The translations under genes and the position numbers were made by a program. 64,000 nucleotides of DNA from NCBI GenBank assembly GCA_024401055.1, contig JAKSLT010000002.1:1885-65884 (forward strand), written 5' to 3'. This stretch comes from Bacteroidaceae bacterium (GTDB lineage: Bacteria; Bacteroidota; Bacteroidia; Bacteroidales; Bacteroidaceae). Under the pieces are notes generated by a model. It did no database searches, had not been told where the DNA came from, and saw nothing but the letters and a program-made list of their open reading frames with translations. This document shows, piece after piece, positions 27,509 to 37,647 of the stretch. The first letter of the stretch is position 1; the number at the start of each line of letters is the position of its first letter.

Positions 27509-29035
27509 TTAACGAAGGACTTTCCGACCGGCCTGAATGATGAGGCCGTGGAAACCCTCTCGCTCTCCCCTATTGGGGAAAGAGTCCGCTCTGCGAGCGG
27601 GGGAAGACGTGAGGCGGCGGCCGGTGAGGTCGTAGGCGGTTCCCTGTCCGTAGCCCTCTTTAAGGGCGTTGGGGGTCGCGATTCCTTCAGGATGGAGGGC
27701 GGCAAGGGCTTCCTCAAGGAGTTTATACATCTCGGAGGGGTCGTCGCTCTTGTCGAGGGAGGCAGCCTCGCCGATGAGTTCGCGCACGGTGGCGGCGGCG
27801 TCCTTGTCGTAGGAGGGCACGAAGCCGGGCTCTACGGCCGTGGTGTAGAGCTGGAACTCGGAGTAGGCGAAGCAGGGCTCGGCACCGTAGCCGGAGTCGG
27901 TGATGGTGTTTATTACCTCGAACTTGAGGGCGTCATAGTAGTCGTCGGCCGTAAAGAGGAAGTTGCCGGAGAGGAGTTCGGGGTCGGAACTGTGGCCCCA
28001 GCCGGCATAGGCACCGAGGCCGTCCATCACGCCGAGTTCGGCGAAGGGCTCGGACTGCCAGGCGATGTTGTCGGGGAGTTCGAGGTCGGGGCTGGCCGTG
28101 TTGCCGCCATAGACCTTCATCTCCACGGGAGCGCAGTTGTTGCCGTCGAGACGGCCGGTGTATTGGGCGCAGAACTCAAGGCCGTGGTAGCCTTCGGGAA
28201 GGCGCACGACGAAGGAGTGGGGCGTGTCCTCGGGAGCCTCGCCGTGCCAGTCGGAATGCCAGAAGGTGGAGTAGTCGGTGTCGATGAGATAGGAGAAGTC
28301 GGTGCCTTCCTCGGAGTCGGAGAAGTCGGAGAGGAACTGCTCGGGGGAGGTGATGAGGCCTTCGGGGATGATGTCGATGCCTTCTATCTTGCGCAGCGTC
28401 TCGTGGGCTTCGGAGATAAGGGCCTGGAGTTCCTCGAAGGTTTTCTCGGTCACGACGGGGTCAACGGGGTCAACGGGATCGACGGGGTCAACATAGGGGT
28501 CGTCGTTGGGGTCGATGCCGTGGGCGATGAGGTAGGTCTCAAGGTCGTCGGGCTCGACGAAGTCCCAGGTGCTCTCCTCCATCTTGCCCCAGGAGGAGAA
28601 GGTGGCGGGATTGTAGGCTACGAGCATGTGGAAGAAACCGTTCTTCATAATGGTGACGATGCTCTCGCCCTGTTTGATGAGCTTGTGACCGTCCTCGGTG
28701 TCGGTGATGGTGAGGATGGAGCGGCCGTCCACGTCGGCGGTGCCTACGTAGCCGTTGGCGGGCACGTTCATATACTGCTCGGTGTAGGTACTGTAGAGCA
28801 CGCTCTCGCCGGTGGCCTCGTTGAGGGTGGTGAGCTCAAAGAGCATAAAGTCCTGCCACGATTTTCCGTACTCGCGGAGGGAGAAGGTCTTGGGCGTGGG
28901 GGACTGATAGTCGGTCAGGAGTTTGTTCTGGCTGACGTTGAAGATGTACACGGCCTTCGTCTTTTTGTCGAAGGGGCTCTGCGCGGCAGCTGCGAGGCTG
29001 AGGCAGAAGAGGAAGAAGAGAAGAGTTTTTTTCAT
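27509..29035 (-). CDS. Secreted acidic protein with a discoidin/F5-8C-like domain and T9SS-type tail
   Basis: Start reassigned to MKKTLLFF. (DPV)n linker, LIDTDYSTFWHSDWHG, and C-terminus YDLTGRR...GLIIQAGRKVLR. Confidence 0.8.
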   Translation of the reverse strand: MKKTLLFFLFCLSLAAAAQSPFDKKTKAVYIFNVSQNKLLTDYQSPTPKTFSLREYGKSWQDFMLFELTTLNEATGESVLYSTYTEQYMNVPANGYVGTADVDGRSILTITDTEDGHKLIKQGESIVTIMKNGFFHMLVAYNPATFSSWGKMEESTWDFVEPDDLETYLIAHGIDPNDDPYVDPVDPVDPVDPVVTEKTFEELQALISEAHETLRKIEGIDIIPEGLITSPEQFLSDFSDSEEGTDFSYLIDTDYSTFWHSDWHGEAPEDTPHSFVVRLPEGYHGLEFCAQYTGRLDGNNCAPVEMKVYGGNTASPDLELPDNIAWQSEPFAELGVMDGLGAYAGWGHSSDPELLSGNFLFTADDYYDALKFEVINTITDSGYGAEPCFAYSEFQLYTTAVEPGFVPSYDKDAAATVRELIGEAASLDKSDDPSEMYKLLEEALAALHPEGIATPNALKEGYGQGTAYDLTGRRLTSSPARRADSFPNRGEREGFHGLIIQAGRKVLR

Positions 29036-29081
29036 TTCTATTTGTTTTTTTTGGGCGTTAGAACGCGAAGTTGGGGGGGGG

Positions 29082-30200
29082 CTAACGGGCATCGCGAATG
29101 AGGCGGACGCTATAGTTTACCGTGCGATAGATATTGTCGGTGCGGGTGGTGCCGCGCCAGATGGCGGGACTGTAGATGGCGAGCTGGCGAATGATGCCCA
29201 TGCGATAGATGAAGGTTTCCACGGAGGTGGAACCGTCGTCGCCGGTGACTTCCTGCTCCTCCTCGGTGGTGGACTCGTCGTTGGTCCAAAAGTAGGCACA
29301 CTGGCCTTTGCGGATGTACTGCGTATCGTTGTTGCGGAGATAGGCGTTGCAACCGCCGAAGAGAGCCTCGAAACCTGCGGCACCGCCCTGACGGAGCATC
29401 GTGCCGGCACCCTCGCCACGCCAGGCGTTGAGGGCGTCCTGCTCCTCGACGGAGAGACCCAGGTTGGCCTCCAGCGTCTTCCAGTCGGCATCGGAGGGCA
29501 GGCGCCAGCCTCCTTCGGCCGGCACGGCGGCGCGGGCTCCGTCGAGACTATAGAGATAGCCATACTGGGCGGAGTAGTTGCCGTTGGAGGCTTCGGCCTT
29601 GTCGCGGTGGGCAAGGACGAGGGCCTGCTGACGCGCGGTAATCTCGGCGATGAGGGCGGTGCGGGCCTCGTCGCGGAAGCTGTCGAGATGGGTGATGAGG
29701 GCCGTGTGGAAGTGAGGATAGTAGGCCATCACTTCGGTGAAGGCCTCCTGACCGTAGAGGGCGTAGTAATCGGTGAGGAAGGAGCGCAGCGTAGCGGGCG
29801 ACACATTGTCCTCGGCCTGCCAGTCGTGGGCGGGGTCGGCCACGGTGGCCTCGTAGGCCAGGGCGTAGATAGAGTCGGTGAGAGATACCTGAATGGTGTC
29901 GGGGTCGAGGGTAATGTCCTCAAGAGTGTAGTCGCCTTCCTTCTCGCCCCATGTGAAACAACCGCCCGCGGTGCCGGTGGGGAGATAGTAGGCGAGGTTT
30001 TCCGTGAGCCATTCCTGCTCACCGATACGCACGACGCCATAGGTGTGACCGTCACGCACGTCAGTCCACGTGCCGGCAGAGGAAACGGGAACGACGGGGG
30101 ATGTGAGGAGTTCCTCCTCGGAGGAACAGGAGAATATTGTCGTTGCAAAGCATACGACACCCAACACGGATAATAAACGGGAAAAGATGCTGTGTCTCAT
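29082..30200 (-). CDS. FISUMP (Fibrobacter succinogenes major paralogous) domain lipoprotein
   Basis: Lipobox FSC-SSEEE. TDVRDGHTYGVVRIGEQEWLTENLAY, YGYLYS, GWRLPSDADWKTL, AYFWT and YSVRLIRD. Confidence 0.88.
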   Translation of the reverse strand: MRHSIFSRLLSVLGVVCFATTIFSCSSEEELLTSPVVPVSSAGTWTDVRDGHTYGVVRIGEQEWLTENLAYYLPTGTAGGCFTWGEKEGDYTLEDITLDPDTIQVSLTDSIYALAYEATVADPAHDWQAEDNVSPATLRSFLTDYYALYGQEAFTEVMAYYPHFHTALITHLDSFRDEARTALIAEITARQQALVLAHRDKAEASNGNYSAQYGYLYSLDGARAAVPAEGGWRLPSDADWKTLEANLGLSVEEQDALNAWRGEGAGTMLRQGGAAGFEALFGGCNAYLRNNDTQYIRKGQCAYFWTNDESTTEEEQEVTGDDGSTSVETFIYRMGIIRQLAIYSPAIWRGTTRTDNIYRTVNYSVRLIRDAR

Positions 30201-30217
30201 AATTCTTAATTCTTAAT

Positions 30218-31294
30218 TCACAAGGCCACGCCCAGTTCGCCTTCGATGTATTCCGCCAGAATGTTGAACTTGCGCTTGACAAGCGCGCTCTCGCCGTAGC
30301 GGGCCATAAACTCCGTGCGGCCCAACAGGAGCATCTGCTGCACGAAGTACTCAAGGTCTTCGTTGATGTTTTCGGGGCTGTAGAGGTGAGCCATCATGCT
30401 GTCGTAGGAGCGCGAGCCGCAGATGAAACCGAAGCGCCCGATTTCGCGGAAGATGAGCGCGCGCTCCGCCTCGAACTCCTCGGGGGTCGTCACGAAGGTA
30501 TACATATTATATAATATATACTTATCGGCGATGCCTTCGGCCCAGAGGTCCTGCGGACGCCAATAGGTGCCCTTGTGCTCCAAGCCCCACTGGCAGCCGA
30601 GGCCGCCGTTCTGACCGTCGGTCACCCACGGGCGGTTGTAGTACTTCTCCTTGTCGGACACGGCGCCGAAGCGGGCCACGAGGTCGGTGTTGAGTTTCAC
30701 GCGGTCGAGCACCATGCCCTGGAGGATGGCGGTGGCGCAGGAATCCATCTGCTCGTCGCTCATTCCGCCGAGCTGCGTCATCACGAGGGTGCGGAAACCG
30801 CTGTGATAGATAGGCGTGCTGGAGCCCACATGGAGACTGTCGGCCAGCATCATGCTGAACGGACGCATCTTCTTGCTGGCACGGCCGAGGAAACGGCGGG
30901 CAAAGCCGAGGGCCTGCAATTGGTCGACGGGCTCGCGGATATAGTCGAAACGATAGACCACCTTGCCGCGGTCGTGCGACTGGAAGTTCCAGTTGAGGTC
31001 GAGGGTTTCATAGCGTGTGAGGACGTTGCCGTAGTGGTCGGTGCCGGCAGAGTAGGAGGCCACCGTATCGTTGAAGAACACGGGCACGCCGTACTGCTCA
31101 TAAATCTCATAACAAGCGTGGCGCACGGCATCGGAGGGGTTGTCCGTCAGCGCGTAGGGGCTCGTGAAGTCAATGGAAGGCTCCAGGGCGTCCTCGGAAC
31201 AACTGGCGATAAGGAGGCAGGAGAACAGAAGGAGGGGAACCTGACGGAAAAGCGCCAGGAACGATGGCAAGGGGGCGTTATTTCGTTTCATCAT
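30218..31294 (-). CDS. SusD-associated surface lipoprotein of unknown function
   Basis: Lipobox IASC-SED. IYEQYGVPVFFNDT. Directly downstream of SusD. Confidence 0.8.
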   Translation of the reverse strand: MMKRNNAPLPSFLALFRQVPLLLFSCLLIASCSEDALEPSIDFTSPYALTDNPSDAVRHACYEIYEQYGVPVFFNDTVASYSAGTDHYGNVLTRYETLDLNWNFQSHDRGKVVYRFDYIREPVDQLQALGFARRFLGRASKKMRPFSMMLADSLHVGSSTPIYHSGFRTLVMTQLGGMSDEQMDSCATAILQGMVLDRVKLNTDLVARFGAVSDKEKYYNRPWVTDGQNGGLGCQWGLEHKGTYWRPQDLWAEGIADKYILYNMYTFVTTPEEFEAERALIFREIGRFGFICGSRSYDSMMAHLYSPENINEDLEYFVQQMLLLGRTEFMARYGESALVKRKFNILAEYIEGELGVAL

Positions 31295-32885
31295 CTTCCT
31301 TGTTTATGGGTTCTATAGCGTCGCGCGGATTCGTCTCGAAGGGATTCTCGGTGAAATACTTCAGGACGCTCTTGGGGATGGCGAAGGTGTAGTTGATGGA
31401 ATGGGCGGGCAGCACCACGATGTTGCGGTACATCACACCCACATAGTCGCCGCAGACTCCGAAGCTGTGGGTAATGTCGCGGCTCCACGGGAAGGGCTGG
31501 CACACGGCATAGCGCCTGAGGTCAAACCATCGGTGACCCTCGAAACAGAGTTCCTTGCGGCGCTCGGTGCGAATCTGCTGCACGAGTTCCTCGCCGGTGT
31601 ATTCCTGCGGCTGATAGCCTTGAATGCGCTGCGAGCGCAGTTCGTTGAGGAGAGCATTGGCGCGGGAGGCCTTCTCGGGCTGTCCGCCGGGCATAGCGGA
31701 GAGGACGGCGAAGGCTTCGGCGGCATTGAGGTAGGCCTCGGAGAGACGCAGGCAGCCGTAGTCAGAGATATGGGCACGGAGGGAACTGCCGCGCTGGTAT
31801 TTGTAATTGAGGCGCACGGAATCGTTGGAGATGCCGGAGGTCTCGTCGTAGAGCGAGAAGAAACAGGTGCGGCGGACATCAAGGGAGTCATACAACTCAT
31901 AGAGTTCGCGAGTGGCGCAGTAGTCGCCGTTGCGAGCCGTAAAGACAGAGGGCGATGACAGGTTGTTGCAGCCCTGCGAGAAGACAACCTCGGGATTCTC
32001 GTCGGAGAGGAAGGCGGCGTTGGGAGCGAGCGCCGAGATAGGGGCGAGATAGACATTCTCGCTGGTAATGACCTTCTCAGCCTTGTCGGCAGCCTCAATC
32101 CAGCGCTGCTGATGCAGCAGGACACGGCTCCACAGGAGGTTCACGGCCTCGGAAGAGGCGCGATGAAGCATATGGTCGGGAGCCTGCGGGGAGCAGATGA
32201 GGAAAGAGTCGGCCTTGGCCAAATCGACGTTGATTTGGTCGTACACTTCCTTGACAGAAGCGCGGGTAAACTCAAACTCTATGCCAGGGATGAGTTTCAG
32301 GGGCACGCCGAGTTTCTGTGCGGCAGTGGCTTCCTCGTATTCATCGCCATAGAGATTGACAAGCCAAAAATAGAACTGCGCCCGGAGGAAATGAGACTCG
32401 CCCTGCACGCGCTGCCAGTCGGCAAGGTCTTTCTGAGACTCGTGAGGCAGTGCCTGTATCTCGTCGAGAATGGTGTTCACCACGTTGATATGGGCGTAGA
32501 GGGCGTCCCATGTGGCGGCGTCGTCGTTGGAGAGCGAACCGTCGAAATTGATGCCCACGTCCTGCTGCCAGGCAAAATAGCCGTAGTTGCCCGTCATGCA
32601 CTGAATCCAGGCTTTGCTGACATCGGTGGTGCTGTGGCCGAGGGAGTCCAGTCGGTCGCCGCCGGTATTCACGTCGTCATCGAGGATATTGAAGAAGCCG
32701 CCCATCCGCAAGCCCGAGGGTCCGCCATCAACAGCTGACGAGCCGAGATAGGCCGAGCCGAGCAGCACCTCGTCAAGGTCGGAGGGATGCTTCGCAACAA
32801 TCATATCCTGCGAGTATTCTTTCAAGAAGTCCGAACAACTGCTTACGGCAAGCGTCGTCAGGAGAAATATAAGTATCTTTTTCAT
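31278..32885 (-). CDS. SusD/RagB-family lipoprotein
   Basis: SSCSDFLKE, GESHFLRAQFYFWLVNLYG, RLSEAYLNAAEA and ERRKELCFEGHRWFDLRR. Confidence 0.95.
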   Translation of the reverse strand: MKKILIFLLTTLAVSSCSDFLKEYSQDMIVAKHPSDLDEVLLGSAYLGSSAVDGGPSGLRMGGFFNILDDDVNTGGDRLDSLGHSTTDVSKAWIQCMTGNYGYFAWQQDVGINFDGSLSNDDAATWDALYAHINVVNTILDEIQALPHESQKDLADWQRVQGESHFLRAQFYFWLVNLYGDEYEEATAAQKLGVPLKLIPGIEFEFTRASVKEVYDQINVDLAKADSFLICSPQAPDHMLHRASSEAVNLLWSRVLLHQQRWIEAADKAEKVITSENVYLAPISALAPNAAFLSDENPEVVFSQGCNNLSSPSVFTARNGDYCATRELYELYDSLDVRRTCFFSLYDETSGISNDSVRLNYKYQRGSSLRAHISDYGCLRLSEAYLNAAEAFAVLSAMPGGQPEKASRANALLNELRSQRIQGYQPQEYTGEELVQQIRTERRKELCFEGHRWFDLRRYAVCQPFPWSRDITHSFGVCGDYVGVMYRNIVVLPAHSINYTFAIPKSVLKYFTENPFETNPRDAIEPINKEDDETK

Positions 32886-32905
32886 ATATTGCAAGGAAGG
32901 AAAGA

Positions 32906-35900
32906 TTAGAACGAGATGTTAAGGCCGAGGGTGTAGGCGGGACGCGCCGAGAGATTGACGGAGGCAAAGCCGGCCTGCGTGGGGCTCTGGCCCTGCAACT
33001 TCTTCGAGCAGAGGGTGAAAACATTCGTCACGGAGAAGTCGAGGCGCAAGGACTTGATAGGCGTGCGCTTCAACTGCTTCATCTTGAAATTATAGGAAAG
33101 GGCAAGGTTGCTCAGGCGGAGATAGGAGCCGGGGACAACGCGCAAGTCGCTGAGGTCGTACATCGTCCAGACATTCTGGGCGAAGGGCGGCACTTTGTCC
33201 AGCGAGGCGCCCAGCGAGGTGCTCCAATGGATGTTGTACTCGTTGTAGAGCGGGTCGTCCTTGCTGAGCAGCACGGGAATTTGGGTGTATTGCTCGTCGC
33301 CGGGGTGCTGCCAGCGCTCCGTGAACTCGTGGCGCACGTTCTTGTCGCTGCTCACGCCGTTGATGACGGGGGTGTAGAGTTTGAAGAGGCGCACCTTGCT
33401 GCCGATGCGGTAGTTGAAATTGCCGCGCAGCGAGAGTTGCCGCCAGGTGAGGGTGGCGTAGAGCGAGCCCGTCAGGTACGGGTCGCGGTTGCCGCTCTCC
33501 ACCATCACGGTCTTCACTACTTGCTCCAGGCTCTTGCCGGCCAGCAGGTGCTGGCGATCCTGATAGTCGTCAAAGAGCGGCACGCCCGTATTGGGGTCAA
33601 GGCCGAGGAAGGGATAGGAATAGAAGGTACCGATGCTCTGGCCGGAGATGATGGCCGTGCCGTTGAGGTAGTCGTCAAGGCTGTAGCTCTCGGAGGAGTT
33701 TGTCTGCACGGTGTTGGCGGCCCACGAGTACTGCGTGGAGAGATACAGCGTCCAGTCGTTGCGGTTCCTCACGGGGTAGCCGCTGAGGGTGAAGGAGAAA
33801 CCTTTATTCTCAATGTCGCCGTTATTCATCTGGAAGGAGCCCATACCGTTGATGGTGCTGACGTCCACACGGGCGAAGGCGTCGTGAGTTTTCTTGTACC
33901 AGACGTCGGTGCTGAAGTTTATGCGGCCCTCAAAGAGGCTGACGTTCATACCGATGTTGAACTGGTCCGTCTGCTCCCACCTCAGGTTGGGGTTGGGGAA
34001 GGAGGCCACGGTGCTGACGTTCTCGCCGTAGTAAGTGTCCAGCACGCCGAGGCGGATAAGCATGTTCGGCGTCTCGCCGTCAAGCATATTGCCCGTCTTG
34101 CCGTAGGAGAAGCGCATGCCCCAGTCCGTCACGATGTCGCGGCGGTCAAAGAAAGTCTCGCGGATGTTCCATCGGCCACTGATTGACCACACAGGGAGGA
34201 AGCGCTCGTTAGAGCGCGAACCGAACTTGTTGCTGGCGTCGAAGCGTCCGGACATACCCAGCGTGAAGTAGTCCTTAAAAGAATATGAGGCTGTGAGGTA
34301 GCCGGAGATGGTGTTGCGCTTCTGCTCCGTCAGCGTCCTGTGTCCCTGCGACACCCAGTCGTTGTAGAGCGGGAAGGCGGCCATATCCTCGCCCGTCATC
34401 GTCATGTATTTCATGCCGCGGTCCTTGAAGTATCCGCGGGTGTTGTCGGCGATGGCGCTGTTGCGGCTCGTGTTGGCCTCATAGCCTAACGTAGCGCTCA
34501 CGTGGTGCTGTTTGGCCAGGCCGAAGCCCTGATGATAGTTCACTTGCAGGCGGCCCGTAAGCGTCTCGGAGATGGAGGAGGTGGTGTTATACACGCCACC
34601 GTAGGGCAGTTCGCAGAGGCCGGCCTCGCCTTCGATGGGGCGGTCGTCGCGCTCGCCGTTCTTGAGGATGGCTACGTAGTTGGTACCTTCACCGTACCAC
34701 ACGCCCTGCGTGGTGGCCGAGCGGCTGTAGTTGGCTGCGGCGGTGACGGAGGCGATGGTACCGAAGTTGTAACTCAGGTCGGCGGAGGTGCTCATCGTGT
34801 TGCCGTTGTAGTCGCTGGAGGTGTTGTCTATCTCGTTGAGTATGTTGTAGTCATACAGGCGGCTGTTCTTCTGCGAGTTGCCTATGCCGTAGCCGTGGCG
34901 CTGATACATATAGAGCGAACCGTCTGCGTTGTAGGCGGGCAGGGCGCGGGTGGTCTCGTAGGCATAGTTCAGGGCATTCACGTCGCTTGGCAGGTGATTC
35001 TTTTTCTGAATGTTGCCGTTGAAGCGGATGTTGGCCCTCAATTGTTTCGTGAAGTTGGTGGTGAGGTTCACACTGGCGGTGTAGCGATCCACATACTGCG
35101 TCTTGATGACGTCGTTTTCCCTGGTGTAGCCGGCCGAAGCGTAGTAGCGCGTGTTTTCGCCGCCGCCGCTCACGCTGAGCGAGTGCTGCTGTTTCACGCT
35201 GTTGTGGGTGAGGAGCTTAAACCAGTCGGTGTTCACCGTCTCGAAGCGCTGCACGTCTTGCAGGAAGGTCTGGTAGTCGCTCTGACCGGTCTGGTAGCGG
35301 TAGAAAGCGCCTTCGTAGCCTACCATCGGCATGTTGTTGGGAAAGACGTAGTGGCTGTCGCACAGGTCCTTGCCGAACTGCACGCGTTCCTGCGAGTTCA
35401 TCAGACGGATGTCGTTGTCGGTGTAGTGGGGCCGGCGGTTGATGGTGGTCTGGTTGGAGTAGCGTATGGTGGGGGGGCCTTCCCTACCCTTCTTGGTGGT
35501 CACGACGATTACGCCGTTGCTGGCGCGGGTGCCATAGAGGGCCGTGGCGGCAGCGTCCTTCAACACGTCGATTTTATCGATGTCTTCGGGGTTGATGCCG
35601 CTGATGGCGTTGCCCACATAGTTGATGTAGTCGGGGTCGTTCAGCTGGTCGTTGCTCACGTTCACGGGGTCTTGCAGCACGAAACCGTCCAGCACCCACA
35701 GGGGTTCCCTGTTGCCCACCAAAGTGGAGGTACCGCGCACGCGCAGTCGGGCGGTGGCACCGGCTTCACCCGAGTTGGCCGTCACCACGAGGTCGGGGAT
35801 TTTGCCTTCCAGCGCCTGGTCGATGGTGGTCATGCCCGGCATGAGGATGTCGGCCATCTTCACGGTGCTGATGGCGGCGGTGTTCTTGCGCGGGTCGATA

Positions 35901-36358
35901 GTCTCGTAGCCGTTCGTCACTACGGCTTCACCAAGCATATTGGCCGTTTTCAACTGCACGTTGTGCGTAGCATTGCCGGTGCCGGCTACCAGCGTATAGC
36001 GCTGCCGCGTCATACCAATATAGGAATACTCCACATTGACCTTTGTGTCCGGCACTTGCAAGCGGTATTGGCCCTTTTCGTCGGTCGTCACGCCGCGAAC
36101 TCCACCTTGCCGCACTACGACGTTGGCCCCCACTACGGGCTGGCCGTCGTCATCGGTGACGGTACCGGTCAGGATGCGGGCGGAAGAAATCTGACAGAGC
36201 ACAAACAAAACCAACAGTGCAGTTTCTCTCAAGCCTCTCCCCGATGCGGACTCTTTGTGACGCATCGCCCTTCCCCTGTTTGCGAAGGGGAGAACACTCT
36301 TAAAGATTGCTGTAAAAGAGAAGAATCGTTTCTTTCTCTTTGTTTTCTCCATAATCAT
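32906..36358 (-). CDS. SusC/RagA-family TonB-dependent transporter
   Basis: EPLWVLDG, INPEDIDKIDVLKDAAATALYGTRASNGVIVVTTKKG and PNPNLRWE; C-terminal Phe. Start uncertain. Confidence 0.96.
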   Translation of the reverse strand: MIMEKTKRKKRFFSFTAIFKSVLPFANRGRAMRHKESASGRGLRETALLVLFVLCQISSARILTGTVTDDDGQPVVGANVVVRQGGVRGVTTDEKGQYRLQVPDTKVNVEYSYIGMTRQRYTLVAGTGNATHNVQLKTANMLGEAVVTNGYETIDPRKNTAAISTVKMADILMPGMTTIDQALEGKIPDLVVTANSGEAGATARLRVRGTSTLVGNREPLWVLDGFVLQDPVNVSNDQLNDPDYINYVGNAISGINPEDIDKIDVLKDAAATALYGTRASNGVIVVTTKKGREGPPTIRYSNQTTINRRPHYTDNDIRLMNSQERVQFGKDLCDSHYVFPNNMPMVGYEGAFYRYQTGQSDYQTFLQDVQRFETVNTDWFKLLTHNSVKQQHSLSVSGGGENTRYYASAGYTRENDVIKTQYVDRYTASVNLTTNFTKQLRANIRFNGNIQKKNHLPSDVNALNYAYETTRALPAYNADGSLYMYQRHGYGIGNSQKNSRLYDYNILNEIDNTSSDYNGNTMSTSADLSYNFGTIASVTAAANYSRSATTQGVWYGEGTNYVAILKNGERDDRPIEGEAGLCELPYGGVYNTTSSISETLTGRLQVNYHQGFGLAKQHHVSATLGYEANTSRNSAIADNTRGYFKDRGMKYMTMTGEDMAAFPLYNDWVSQGHRTLTEQKRNTISGYLTASYSFKDYFTLGMSGRFDASNKFGSRSNERFLPVWSISGRWNIRETFFDRRDIVTDWGMRFSYGKTGNMLDGETPNMLIRLGVLDTYYGENVSTVASFPNPNLRWEQTDQFNIGMNVSLFEGRINFSTDVWYKKTHDAFARVDVSTINGMGSFQMNNGDIENKGFSFTLSGYPVRNRNDWTLYLSTQYSWAANTVQTNSSESYSLDDYLNGTAIISGQSIGTFYSYPFLGLDPNTGVPLFDDYQDRQHLLAGKSLEQVVKTVMVESGNRDPYLTGSLYATLTWRQLSLRGNFNYRIGSKVRLFKLYTPVINGVSSDKNVRHEFTERWQHPGDEQYTQIPVLLSKDDPLYNEYNIHWSTSLGASLDKVPPFAQNVWTMYDLSDLRVVPGSYLRLSNLALSYNFKMKQLKRTPIKSLRLDFSVTNVFTLCSKKLQGQSPTQAGFASVNLSARPAYTLGLNISF

Positions 36359-36359
36359 A

Positions 36360-37397
36360 TTATTCGCGTGTATTTTTCTTTCCTAATAATGACGGCGAAA
36401 AGCTTTTATACACCGTCGGGTATTTCTTCAAGCACTCACCTCTCTCATCCCACAGCAGCTGCAGCTCTAACCATTCTCCCTTCTGCCGCAATTGGGCCAT
36501 TTCGGCCAGGAATTCCGTGGGACAGTAGGGTGGCAGCTGCGCCGCGTGTATTTGTTGCGTCAAGTGCGTCAAGTCTTCTTTCGTCGCCGTGGGGGGCTGG
36601 TGTCCCTGTGCCCAGGGCAGGATGCGGTTGGCGAGCACGCTCTCCACCATATTCTCATATTCCCTTTCTCCGTGTGCAGCCACGAAGGCATCGCGATGTG
36701 TCACGAGATACTCCAGATGTCTCTCGCTGCCTCGCATCGCCAATACGGCGAAAGTCCAATATGCCGGCTGCAGATACGCCTCCGGTTCTTGCCTGAGCGC
36801 GAAATCTTTGCCCACGCGCGCAAACGTTTCGCCTTCCGACGCCGTGCGCAGGGCTTTCAAGTAGGCCACGGTGTCTGCCGCCGTACCCTCGCCGCTTTCC
36901 ACGCGGCGCTTGGTGCCGCGCAACGAGGTTTTTTCCGAAAGTGCTTCTTGCAGCTTCTCCCTGAATTCCTCTGCCTTCGCGCCGCCACTGATGCGGTGTA
37001 CTATTTCGCCGTCAACATCCAGCACGAGATACTGCGCATAGGTACTTACCCTGTACCGTTCTGCCAACTCGCGGCCTTCTTCCGAGCGCATGTCCACGCG
37101 CAACGGCACAAAGTGCTCGGCTATCCACGGTGCCAGGTTCTCGTCGCGCAGCACCACGCTATCCATCAGCACGCAGGCGCTGCTCCAATCCACAAAGCAG
37201 TTGAAGAATACGGCTTTCCCGCTCTCCTTCGCATCTGCAAGGGCTGCGCTGAGGGTGGTGCGCCACTGTAAATAATGAGAACCTCCCGCCTCTTTTTCTT
37301 CCTCTGCTCGGTTTTGAGCCGCGCAGACGCTCACGGGCTGCAACAGCATCACTATTGCAACCACCGCAAAAAAGGCTTTTTCCCAAGTCTTTCTCAT
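36360..37397 (-). CDS. Exported thioredoxin-family protein (SxxC variant)
   Basis: Start reassigned to MRKTWEKAFF, downstream of TTTG-N20-TATTTTTG (37418-37449). ALADAKESGKAVFFNCFVDWSSACVLMD and EGRELAERYRV. Confidence 0.82.
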   Translation of the reverse strand: MRKTWEKAFFAVVAIVMLLQPVSVCAAQNRAEEEKEAGGSHYLQWRTTLSAALADAKESGKAVFFNCFVDWSSACVLMDSVVLRDENLAPWIAEHFVPLRVDMRSEEGRELAERYRVSTYAQYLVLDVDGEIVHRISGGAKAEEFREKLQEALSEKTSLRGTKRRVESGEGTAADTVAYLKALRTASEGETFARVGKDFALRQEPEAYLQPAYWTFAVLAMRGSERHLEYLVTHRDAFVAAHGEREYENMVESVLANRILPWAQGHQPPTATKEDLTHLTQQIHAAQLPPYCPTEFLAEMAQLRQKGEWLELQLLWDERGECLKKYPTVYKSFSPSLLGKKNTRE

Positions 37398-37647
37398 TAT
37401 TATATAATTAGGTGCTGCAAAAATAAACATTTTTCCCCACTCTGGCAAACAAAACCGCCAATAATTGCCTTTTCCTCTCTCTTCATCTCCTTTTTCTCCC
37501 CCAAAATTTCCTTTCCTCCCCTCCTCCAGAAAAAAAGAGACGCACCGCCTGGCACATCTCTTCTTTCTTATATCGCTCTCACCTATCCGTTCCCCGCCCT
37601 CTGCTTTTGGCGACGGCAAAAATGCCGAAGGGGCTAAGGGTGGGTCT

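Noticed and set aside
29073-29081. G9 homopolymer as a phase-variation tract
   Set aside because: Intergenic, not within a recognisable promoter spacer or CDS; no evidence of function.
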